IMG/VR virus record: IMGVR_UViG_3300040815_000349
Location: 1 to 37,853 of that record
Direction: 5' to 3' (one strand)
From: a virus
Taxonomy: Duplodnaviria; Caudoviricetes
Length of the DNA: 37,853 nucleotides
The first letter of the stretch is position 1. Every line of letters begins with the position of its first letter. The notes under the pieces are model-generated. The model saw nothing but the letters and a program-made list of their open reading frames with translations, did not search any database and was not told the DNA's origin. The translations under genes were made by a program, and so were the position numbers. Positions 1 through 8,797 of the stretch are shown in pieces.

Positions 1-2091
1 CAGGACATGGAGAAGGCTAATCTTAGTACGGGTCTTCAGGTTGAGTTGGCTAATCTGTCTGAACAGAATGCCGCAGCCCGTGATACTATGACGGCTCAAA
101 ACCAAGAGCGGCTGACTAACCTTCAGACTCTTGTTGATTTTAAGAAGACTAATGCTCAGTTGGCTCAGCAGATGGATATGGCCAACCTGTCTAATGATCA
201 ACAGATTCGATTGGCTAATCTGTCTGAAAAAGCTGCTGCAGATTCTGCAAACTTCACTGAAGCTAACCGGATGGAGCTTACGCGCCTTCAGACCTATGCG
301 CAGGTTATGTCCGAAAATACCCAGTTGCGCCAACAGGCTGAGTTGGCTAACCTTAGTTCTCGTGAAAAGATTACTCTTGCAAACCTCACTGCATTGAACC
401 AAGCCTCTGCTGATAACTTAAATACTCAGCAGCAGGCTGAACTTGCAAACCTTAATGCACGGCTCCAAGAGGCTTCGCAGAACGCACAACTCAAGCAGCA
501 AATTATTACTCAGTCGTTCTCTCAACAACAACAGACTGATCTTGCAAACCTTGAGGCCCTGAATCGCGCAGGCTCCGAAAACCTTAATGCCGATCAACAG
601 GCCCGCCTAACCTCCTATAACGCCCAGATCAATCGAAAGATTCGACAGGCCGAACTGAATCAACAGGCTGATGCCGCTAACCTTGATGCGGCTCTTCGTG
701 TTGAATTGACGGAGCTTAGCGAAAAGAATACTACTGCTCGTGCCAATATGACCGCAGAGCAGCAGACGCGCCTTGCAAACCTCAATACTCTTGTTGATTT
801 CCGCAAGACTAATGCGCAGCTTGCTCAACAGATGGACCTTGCAAACCTTGCTAACGAACAGCAAATGGAGCTTGTAAACCTTCAAGAGCGGGCTTCGGCA
901 GATGCAGCAAACTTCACCGAAGAGAACAAGTTCCGGCTCCAAGAGCTAAACAACTATGTTCAGGTGATGTCGCAGAACGAGCAGCTTAAGCAGCAGGCCG
1001 ACCTTGCGCGTCTAAGCATGGAAGAGCGAATCTCTCTAGCTAACTTGACTTCAAAGAATCAAGCAGACTCTGAGAGCATGAGCGCCCAAAACGTCGCTGA
1101 GCTTCAAACCTACGAAAAGAAAATGCAGGCCGCTCAGGTTAACGCGCAGCTAGCACAGCAGATGGGCCTCCAAAACCTTTCGAATGCTCAAGAGGCTGCA
1201 ATGTTTAATGCACAGATTGATGCTAATCTGGACATGAAACAATTCGACGCCAATCAACAGGCAGCGTTGGCTAACAGTCAGTTTATGCAGACCATGACGG
1301 TTAAGAGCTTTGATGCCGATCAACAGGCCATCATGCAGAATGCAACGGCTATGGCCTCTATGGACCTTGCAAACCTTGATGCCAATACGCGCCTTGCGGC
1401 TCAGAACGCTCAAGCTTTTTTGCAGATGGACATGGCAAACCTGCAAAACGAACAGCAGTCCCGAGTGTTGAATCAACAACAACAGCAACAGACCTTGTTG
1501 TCTAATCAGGCTGCAGAGAATGCTGCTCGTCAGTTCAATGCTGCAAACCAGCAACAAGCTGATCAGTTTATGGCTAGCCTAGCTTCTCAGACTCAGCAGT
1601 TTAACGCATCTCAAGTGAACGCTATGGGCCAGTTCAATGCTTCTGAACAAAATCGCATTGCAGCGCAGAATGCTCAGAATGCTACGCAGGTTTCGCTGGC
1701 CAATGCTGAAATGCTTAACTCTGTTAATCAGTTCAACACTCAGCTTGAACAACAGCGTGAACAATTCAACGTTTCTAACCGCCAAGCTATTGAGCAGGCA
1801 GACGTTGCATGGCGCCGACAGGCTAACACTTTTAATACTGCAGCCATTAATGCTGCCAACCAACAGAACGTTATGAATTTGTTTAACATGAACATGATGG
1901 AACAGCAACAGCTTTGGCAGCAACTGCGTGATGAGGCTGATTATGTTAGACAGTCTTATGAGCGTGAAGAAGATCGAAAAACAACTCTTTATGCTACGGC
2001 TATTGGTAATGAATCTAGCGCAGCCAACCAAAGCTCTAGCACTACTGCTAGTTTACTTAATGCTATTACTAAAATTATTCTTGGAGAATAA
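1..2091 (+). CDS. Gln/Asn/Ala-rich hendecad-repeat coiled-coil virion (ejection/pilot-like) protein, 5' truncated by the window edge
   Basis: Frame is open from base 1. ANL/xNL recurs every 11 residues, there is a 660-nt-offset internal duplication, and the gene lies in the internal virion protein block. Confidence 0.7.
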   Translation, partial: QDMEKANLSTGLQVELANLSEQNAAARDTMTAQNQERLTNLQTLVDFKKTNAQLAQQMDMANLSNDQQIRLANLSEKAAADSANFTEANRMELTRLQTYAQVMSENTQLRQQAELANLSSREKITLANLTALNQASADNLNTQQQAELANLNARLQEASQNAQLKQQIITQSFSQQQQTDLANLEALNRAGSENLNADQQARLTSYNAQINRKIRQAELNQQADAANLDAALRVELTELSEKNTTARANMTAEQQTRLANLNTLVDFRKTNAQLAQQMDLANLANEQQMELVNLQERASADAANFTEENKFRLQELNNYVQVMSQNEQLKQQADLARLSMEERISLANLTSKNQADSESMSAQNVAELQTYEKKMQAAQVNAQLAQQMGLQNLSNAQEAAMFNAQIDANLDMKQFDANQQAALANSQFMQTMTVKSFDADQQAIMQNATAMASMDLANLDANTRLAAQNAQAFLQMDMANLQNEQQSRVLNQQQQQQTLLSNQAAENAARQFNAANQQQADQFMASLASQTQQFNASQVNAMGQFNASEQNRIAAQNAQNATQVSLANAEMLNSVNQFNTQLEQQREQFNVSNRQAIEQADVAWRRQANTFNTAAINAANQQNVMNLFNMNMMEQQQLWQQLRDEADYVRQSYEREEDRKTTLYATAIGNESSAANQSSSTTASLLNAITKIILGE

Positions 2092-2093
2092 CA

Positions 2094-3272
2094 ATGGGAT
2101 TTTTCTCAAAGATTAAAAAAGGTTTTAAAAAAGTTGTCAGCAAGATTGGTAAAGGTATTCGTAAGGTTACCAGAAAAGTTGGCAAGTTTATGGGGAAAGT
2201 AGGAATTGTAGGTCAGATTGGTCTTGCTCTTGTATTGCCTGGGATTGGAAGCATGCTAGGAGGCTTTGCAGGAACATTGATGGGAAGTTCAAGTGCTGTC
2301 TTTAGGGGCGCCGGTCAAATTCTTAATGCTGCGGTTAATGTAGGAACCAAAGCCACCAGCATGTTTAAAAGTGTTACGGAAGGTGTAGGTAAAGTTTTGG
2401 GCGATATTGTAGGAGCAACCCTTAATAAAATTCCAGGTGCTGGAAATCTTCTTAAAGGTGTAACCAGCGGTCGCATTGACATTACTTCTAAAACTTTTGC
2501 CGATGCTTGGAAGACTGCTCAGTCAGCTATTACTGACGTTGCTACTAAGGGCGGCGATCTGTTCAGCATGGGAACGTTGACCGACCCTAACAAGTATATT
2601 ACTCAAGCAGCAGCTAGTGCAGGCGAAGCAGCCCTTGCAGGTACTGAAGGCCCCAGCACCTGGGACGATTCTAAATTAAGCTTTTTAGAAAAACCACCTG
2701 CACTTTCTCAAGATGATATTATTGATGCTGGTCTCGACTATACTGGACCTAGCGTTGGAAAAGTTACGGGTGTTTCTACTGCTCAGCCTTCTTTTATGCC
2801 TGATGCTGTATTGCAGCCTGATCCGGCTGTTTCGACGCAGGAGGTTGTTAAGCAGCGAGGAGCCGCAATCGCGCAACAAGGTGCTGAAGCTGCGGCAACT
2901 GCAACACCTCCCGAAAATCTTGGTATGAGTGAAGCTACTTTTTATCAAAACGCTTTTGAAACCGATCCTGCTTTAACGCCTACTAGTATTAAAGGACGAG
3001 GCGTCCGTAAGCAGCAAAGTCTTCTTTCCGCCGGTAAAGATATTATAAGTGCTTTAAGTCCTCAAGAAGCCCCGGTTGTAGAAGAATCAGAAGGTTACTT
3101 GGGCCAAGGTATTGTAGGTGTGTATGGAACGCCTGTAATGAGCCGTGAAGCTATGCCTCTTTATTATCAGCAGTTTGAAGCCGATCCTACGCTAGCCCAA
3201 ACTTATGCTTATGGAGCGGGCGCTGCTTATAGCAACTATAAGAAAATGTTCGCTGCGATTGGGGTGGCTTAA
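2094..3272 (+). CDS. Putative internal virion/DNA-transfer protein with N-terminal cationic amphipathic helix
   Basis: 392 aa with GGAG RBS. Begins MGFFSKIKKGFKKVVSKIGK followed by a Gly-rich hydrophobic segment. Confidence 0.6.
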   Translation: MGFFSKIKKGFKKVVSKIGKGIRKVTRKVGKFMGKVGIVGQIGLALVLPGIGSMLGGFAGTLMGSSSAVFRGAGQILNAAVNVGTKATSMFKSVTEGVGKVLGDIVGATLNKIPGAGNLLKGVTSGRIDITSKTFADAWKTAQSAITDVATKGGDLFSMGTLTDPNKYITQAAASAGEAALAGTEGPSTWDDSKLSFLEKPPALSQDDIIDAGLDYTGPSVGKVTGVSTAQPSFMPDAVLQPDPAVSTQEVVKQRGAAIAQQGAEAAATATPPENLGMSEATFYQNAFETDPALTPTSIKGRGVRKQQSLLSAGKDIISALSPQEAPVVEESEGYLGQGIVGVYGTPVMSREAMPLYYQQFEADPTLAQTYAYGAGAAYSNYKKMFAAIGVA

Positions 3273-3868
3273 TGAACGAACAATATTTAAAAACTGTAAT
3301 GAACGGCGGTCGTCCTATTCCCGGCCAAAGCCTAACGTCTAATCCTAACAATCCTGCTCCTTATGAAAAGCCTCCAGAATTTACCAGCATTAATGAGGCT
3401 TCAGAATATTTGTTTGAAAAATTTATTGATGAAGAAATTTATCCTGAAATAATGGGCGTTCTTGATCAAGGCGTACCTATTATGGATGTTGTACAAACTA
3501 CGCTTTTTGTAGGTTTTACAGAAGGTAAGTGGAATCCCGACCTGCTTATGTTGTTAATTGAGCCTACGGCATATATGCTTCTTGGTCTTGCAGAAAGTGC
3601 GGATATTGATCCTGTTATTTATAGAGATCAAGTAGAAGATGAATTTGATGAAGATTTTGATGCTGACCTAAATCCGCAACAAGAGCAGTATAAAAAACTT
3701 GCAGCTTCTTTGGATATAGGAAAAATTGACAAAATTCTTCCTCAAGAAATTGTAGAGCAAATTGAAGATATTGCTCCTTCCCCTAGTTTAATGCAAGAGC
3801 CTGAACAGCCTATGCCTGAAGAAGGAAGCCTTTTGGCTCCTCCCCTGGTTGCAGAAGAAGAGGTTTAA
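3272..3868 (+). CDS. Acidic hypothetical virion-module protein
   Basis: 198 aa; TAATG stop/start overlap with the upstream gene. Confidence 0.7.
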   Translation: MNEQYLKTVMNGGRPIPGQSLTSNPNNPAPYEKPPEFTSINEASEYLFEKFIDEEIYPEIMGVLDQGVPIMDVVQTTLFVGFTEGKWNPDLLMLLIEPTAYMLLGLAESADIDPVIYRDQVEDEFDEDFDADLNPQQEQYKKLAASLDIGKIDKILPQEIVEQIEDIAPSPSLMQEPEQPMPEEGSLLAPPLVAEEEV

Positions 3869-3874
3869 AAGACT

Positions 3875-5356
3875 ATGGCTATTGAAGAATATGGTGCTTC
3901 TTTGTTGTCTAATGTTCGTGAGCGTCGAGATAATCAAGCTAAGCGCCTTCAACGCGAACAAGAACAAGGGGCTTTAATGGGGTTGGGGGTTACTGCTGGG
4001 CTTACTGTTGGTAACAACTATCTTAAAAATAAAGCTGAGCAGTTTTTTAACAATAAAGAAAACTTAGATAAGCGTGTTCAATTTAGAACGGCAATGGCCG
4101 ATGGGCGCCAAGCATTTTTAGACGAACAAAACTTTCAACAAAAAGGCATGTCGTATTTTAGAGAAATGCGGCGAGCAGATGTTGAACGATATACTAAAAT
4201 GAAATTTCAGCAAGAAAACCCCAACTATAGCGAAGCACAGCGTCAGGCTTTTGCAGAGCAATATTTAGAAACAGCAACGCAAGAAGCCTATGAAAATCAC
4301 CAACGGCGTTTAGAGGCTGCAAAAAAATTAACCACGTTAGCCGGAGCAGACGGCGTAGAAGCCTACGACCGCCAGCTTTTAAAAATGCGGCCAACAGATG
4401 TACCGTCTGCGTTTATTAAAGCTATGACTTCTGCGGTTACTGGCGATGCTAATGAAAGCATGCATAATGCAAACCTTGCAAATCTTGGAGGTGCTGCCGA
4501 AGAATACATGAAAATTTATAGGGAGATTCAAAACCCCTATGCTGCTCGTGAAATTCTTGATGCCAACATTGGTCCTATTAGTGAGCAGCCTTTAACTTAT
4601 GATACTTTCAATGTGTCAGGTATTTTAGACCCCGACACTGGTGAACGATATACTGCGACTTATAGAACCGCTAAGACCAGGGCAGGCCAGACTGTGTTTA
4701 CTCAAGACCTTTCTAATCAAGGAAAACTTGTTTCGTTGTCGCCTCGCCAGAATCCAAACAGTCCTGTTAATCCTTTGCGGACAAGCTTAACGGTAGCCAT
4801 GGCTGCAAAAGAAAGTATTCAACAATATGGTTTAGAAGAAGATCACGAAGCAATTAAAGAAGGTTTTATTGATACCTTTGGAAGTTCCGATGATATTGAT
4901 CAGAAAATAAAAGATGCTCGCCTAAAAACATTTTATGCAACAGGGCACCATCTTCACAAGGCAGTTACTGCTCGCATTCCTGGGCTAAGCCGCCAACAAG
5001 CTTGGCAAGTTACTAGCCGTATGATGGCCTTGAATTTTAATAGTGGTTTAGATTTTGATTTGTTGGCCACTGATGATGGTTATAGTCCTGTCTTAGCTAT
5101 TGCTGCTTTGGATAGCTTAGGAAATAAAGATCGTGCTGCTTTGTCGCGCAGGCAAACCAATCAACTAATTGGGACGGTTGCTGCTGGAATGAATAGGGAT
5201 GTTGTACAGTCCTTTCAAAATCTTCCAATGGTACAACGTAAAAAACTTCTTTATTGGATGAAAGACAACGCGCCGTTTTTTGGGACGGCCCGCGTAGCGA
5301 ATACGGGCAATACTTATTTAGAACAGTTTAAACTTGACTTTGCTACTCTTAGGTAA
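3875..5356 (+). CDS. Putative internal virion protein
   Basis: 493 aa, helical character, tightly packed in the operon. Confidence 0.6.
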   Translation: MAIEEYGASLLSNVRERRDNQAKRLQREQEQGALMGLGVTAGLTVGNNYLKNKAEQFFNNKENLDKRVQFRTAMADGRQAFLDEQNFQQKGMSYFREMRRADVERYTKMKFQQENPNYSEAQRQAFAEQYLETATQEAYENHQRRLEAAKKLTTLAGADGVEAYDRQLLKMRPTDVPSAFIKAMTSAVTGDANESMHNANLANLGGAAEEYMKIYREIQNPYAAREILDANIGPISEQPLTYDTFNVSGILDPDTGERYTATYRTAKTRAGQTVFTQDLSNQGKLVSLSPRQNPNSPVNPLRTSLTVAMAAKESIQQYGLEEDHEAIKEGFIDTFGSSDDIDQKIKDARLKTFYATGHHLHKAVTARIPGLSRQQAWQVTSRMMALNFNSGLDFDLLATDDGYSPVLAIAALDSLGNKDRAALSRRQTNQLIGTVAAGMNRDVVQSFQNLPMVQRKKLLYWMKDNAPFFGTARVANTGNTYLEQFKLDFATLR

Positions 5357-5367
5357 CGGGAAAAATT

Positions 5368-8300
5368 ATGGATTACGATTACACTCCAGCAGGTCCGTTC
5401 CTTGATCAGGAAGAAGAAGAAAAACAAAATTTTTCTTATGCTCCTGATGTTCAAAGTGTTCAACAATATGTAGATAGCACCTATACTACAACAGAGTTGC
5501 GTGACGATCCTAGGATAACTGAAGCCTTTGAAAAGGTTAGCAGTTATTTAAATGAAAATGAAAATACTTATTCTCGGATTTTAGATACGGGCTGGGGAAC
5601 TAATGATGATCCTATTGAATATCTTCGTGATGAAACTTTAAAAACAGGTACGCTGCTTACCCGTGCTAATATTTTTAAAGATGCTCCTGAAGATGTTAAG
5701 GCTGCTCAGCGTTATCTGCGTCAAAGAATGGACAGTGCTAAAATAGATGATTGGGGCAGTTTCATTAAAGACTATACTGGAGATGTCCTTTCAGGTCCAG
5801 AGGGGATTCTCAGTGTAGCTAGTTTAATTGGTTCTATTTTTACTGGTGGCGCTTCTGGGGCCGCAACAGTAGCTGCAACTACAGGGGCCCGCCAAGCGGC
5901 TGCTAAGGCTATTAAAAGTGCAGCGGGGGCTATTACTACGCCTGCGGGCTTAGCAGCCGAAGGCGCGCTTTTTGGTGGTCTTGATGACTATGCTTCTCAA
6001 AACTTAGAAGTAGCTATAGGAGAACGCGAAGATATTAGCGGCGCACAAGTAGCAGGAATGGCCGTTGCTGGGGGCGCTTTTGGCGGAGCTTTGGGACTAG
6101 GAATTAAAAAGCTTAGCAAATCTAAAATTGACTCTAAAGCTTTAGAAAACACAGAAACCCTTGAAGGTTATAACTCAACCACTACGATTGCTTCAGAGTC
6201 TCCTGAAAATTTAGCAAAGGCTCGGGCGCTTATTGAGGAAGCTAGGACTGTTCCGCAGCAGGGCGCTCTTGACTTTGATGGGGCGCCTGTTCAAGGGCAA
6301 CTAGATTTTGGTATGCCTCCTATGCCTAGTAGCTCTGCTAAGCTTGCAGATAGTTTCGGTGCAAATATTCAAGGTAGGGACGTTGCTGATCTTGATCCAG
6401 AAAGGTTGTTGGATGAAAATGAACTAGATGCTTTTGTTTCTTACATCGGTGGTGGAGAAAAAACCAGAAAAAAAATACGCGACGAGGCTATTGCTGCAGC
6501 CAATGATGCCAATAAAGATAATGCCTATAATCGTTTTGCATTTAGTCTATATGAAATAGCTTCTAACTTTACGTCTAGGTTTGCTGGAGGCAAAGCCCCT
6601 GGAGTATTGACTCCGTTTGCTGATTTTTCTGGGACCGCAAAGGTTCTTCAGGGAAAGCTAAGTCGAGAGTTTGCTAAGCAGTGGAGAGGCGAACAAGCAA
6701 CGATAGGTGAAGATTTGTTTGAAGCGCAGCGGCGTATTACGGGCCACTATTGGCGCCGTTACCTGTCTGTTGTGCAGCCTTATCGTTTAGGTACCCTAGC
6801 AGGAAAACTTAAGGATCAAGAAAATAATCTTTTAAGTTTGGCTATGCGTGGTAAACCTGCTAAAGATAAAAAGCTTAATGGGGCTGCACTTGAAATTAAG
6901 CGCATGTATTCTGACATTGGAGATATTTTAAAGCGCGAAGGAATTATTAAGCACAAAATTGAAAATTATATTCCTCGTATGTGGAATAGGGCTGGGATTG
7001 AAAACAACCCGGATAAGCTAGCTCAGCTTCTTCTTGAAGACGGGGAAGCAAAAACCTTGCGAGAAGCAGAAAACATTGTAACTGGAATGCTCAACAAAGA
7101 AAGCCAGATTGATTCTGGAACGACCGGCCATTTCTTTTCAGCCCGTCGTAGCTTTGATAAAATTAAAGATGATTCTAAGTATGAAGAATTTTTGAATCAA
7201 GACGTAAGCGCCTCGCTCTATGGTTACATTACGCAAGCTGGAAGAGCCTTAGCTAAAAAACGTGTATTGGGTGTAAAAAACATTAAAGGCTTTGAAAAAA
7301 AATGGGTGAATCAAATTGAAAAAGAAATGATTAAGAAGACCGGAAAAGGCTTAAGTGAAAGTCAAAGAAAAAATCTTCTTGCTACTTACACCCATGCAAC
7401 GGGAGAGGGGCTAATGGAAATGCCTCTCAAAAGCTTTAGAACAGCTACGGAAGGCCTTTCCCTTGTAAACCAGCTTGCTTACTTACCGCTTGCTACGCTT
7501 ACTTCTTTTCCAGAAGTTTTATTGAATATTGGCAGGGCGGGTGTGTTTAATAGTGTAAAAGGCTTCAAAGAAGCTTTTGAAATTTCACACAATACTATTA
7601 CTAAAGACGCACACAAAATGCTCCAGTCTCGACATGGCATGACTGCCCAAGAAGCTTGGGATGAAATGCAAGGCTTTGGTTTGGCAATGGATCAGACCTT
7701 AGATCAAATGGGAAACCGTCTTACTGGTGGTGAAGAAATTGTAAATGAAAAAATTCAAAACGCTAGTAAATGGTTTTTTAGAAAAAACTTGTTGGAGCAA
7801 TGGACAAATTTTGCGCAGCTAGTGGCCTATAACTCTGGGCGCAACATGATTCAAGAAAACATTGAGACTATTGCGCGCCACGGAAAGGGCCGCATTACGC
7901 CGCGCATTCAAGCTAAGCGCGATGAATTAGCTGAGCTTGGTATTGATCTGCCTAAAGCTCTTAATTGGTATGGCAGTGGTCGAAAGACTAACGATCCATT
8001 CTTTCAAGAGATTAAGGCTGCAGCCGCTAGGTATACTAATGATATAATTCTTAACCCTACTGCAATGTCAGGAACAAAACCCAGACTATATACTAAACCA
8101 ACAACTTCTTTCTTGTTTCAAATACTTTCTTATCCTGCGGCATTTTCAAATACGGTACTAAAAGGAGCAGCTAAAACTTTTGTTCGTAACCCCACAAAAG
8201 AAAATGTAGCTAAGATTTCTGCTGGTGCTTTAAGTTTGGTAGGAATGCAAGCAGCGATTAATTACATTAAGACTCGGGGAGAAAGCGCCCAAGATAAAGA

Positions 8301-8787
8301 AGCACACGAGATTGCGTTTGATGCTTTACAACGGGCAGGTGGTTTATCTTTTGTTGCTGATGCGGCAGAACGCGCCCGTACAAGCGCAATGTATCGTCGT
8401 AGCCTGTCTCCCTACTCTATGATGTTTTTTGGACCGGCTGCGCAAGACATACAGGATATAGGGTCTGGAAGGCTTGGAAGGTTTGCTTCTTCAAAAGTTC
8501 CTTTTGGTACTGCAATCACTGCGGTAGAAAAGTACACCGGCACTGAAATGATGGATACTATTAAAGATGCTGGAAAAAATCTTGACAGGGAACTTAGAGA
8601 CATTGGAATTAGTCCTATGCCTTCAAATATCCGGCGAGAAATGTTTGCTAAGGGTGGTGAAGTTAATGTTCCCAATGCTCCTAAAGAACCAGACGAGCGC
8701 ATTGACAAAATGACTGGACAACCCTATAACATTCAAGCAGGCTCTGCGTTTGTTGACGAAGAAGACCCTGATAAAAATCTTATTTAA
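5368..8787 (+). CDS. Large internal virion (ejectosome, T7 gp16-like position) protein
   Basis: 1139 aa with Gly/Ala hydrophobic segments and an NYIPRMW motif; size and position match podovirus core proteins. Confidence 0.65.
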   Translation: MDYDYTPAGPFLDQEEEEKQNFSYAPDVQSVQQYVDSTYTTTELRDDPRITEAFEKVSSYLNENENTYSRILDTGWGTNDDPIEYLRDETLKTGTLLTRANIFKDAPEDVKAAQRYLRQRMDSAKIDDWGSFIKDYTGDVLSGPEGILSVASLIGSIFTGGASGAATVAATTGARQAAAKAIKSAAGAITTPAGLAAEGALFGGLDDYASQNLEVAIGEREDISGAQVAGMAVAGGAFGGALGLGIKKLSKSKIDSKALENTETLEGYNSTTTIASESPENLAKARALIEEARTVPQQGALDFDGAPVQGQLDFGMPPMPSSSAKLADSFGANIQGRDVADLDPERLLDENELDAFVSYIGGGEKTRKKIRDEAIAAANDANKDNAYNRFAFSLYEIASNFTSRFAGGKAPGVLTPFADFSGTAKVLQGKLSREFAKQWRGEQATIGEDLFEAQRRITGHYWRRYLSVVQPYRLGTLAGKLKDQENNLLSLAMRGKPAKDKKLNGAALEIKRMYSDIGDILKREGIIKHKIENYIPRMWNRAGIENNPDKLAQLLLEDGEAKTLREAENIVTGMLNKESQIDSGTTGHFFSARRSFDKIKDDSKYEEFLNQDVSASLYGYITQAGRALAKKRVLGVKNIKGFEKKWVNQIEKEMIKKTGKGLSESQRKNLLATYTHATGEGLMEMPLKSFRTATEGLSLVNQLAYLPLATLTSFPEVLLNIGRAGVFNSVKGFKEAFEISHNTITKDAHKMLQSRHGMTAQEAWDEMQGFGLAMDQTLDQMGNRLTGGEEIVNEKIQNASKWFFRKNLLEQWTNFAQLVAYNSGRNMIQENIETIARHGKGRITPRIQAKRDELAELGIDLPKALNWYGSGRKTNDPFFQEIKAAAARYTNDIILNPTAMSGTKPRLYTKPTTSFLFQILSYPAAFSNTVLKGAAKTFVRNPTKENVAKISAGALSLVGMQAAINYIKTRGESAQDKEAHEIAFDALQRAGGLSFVADAAERARTSAMYRRSLSPYSMMFFGPAAQDIQDIGSGRLGRFASSKVPFGTAITAVEKYTGTEMMDTIKDAGKNLDRELRDIGISPMPSNIRREMFAKGGEVNVPNAPKEPDERIDKMTGQPYNIQAGSAFVDEEDPDKNLI

Positions 8788-8797
8788 GGATTAGAAC

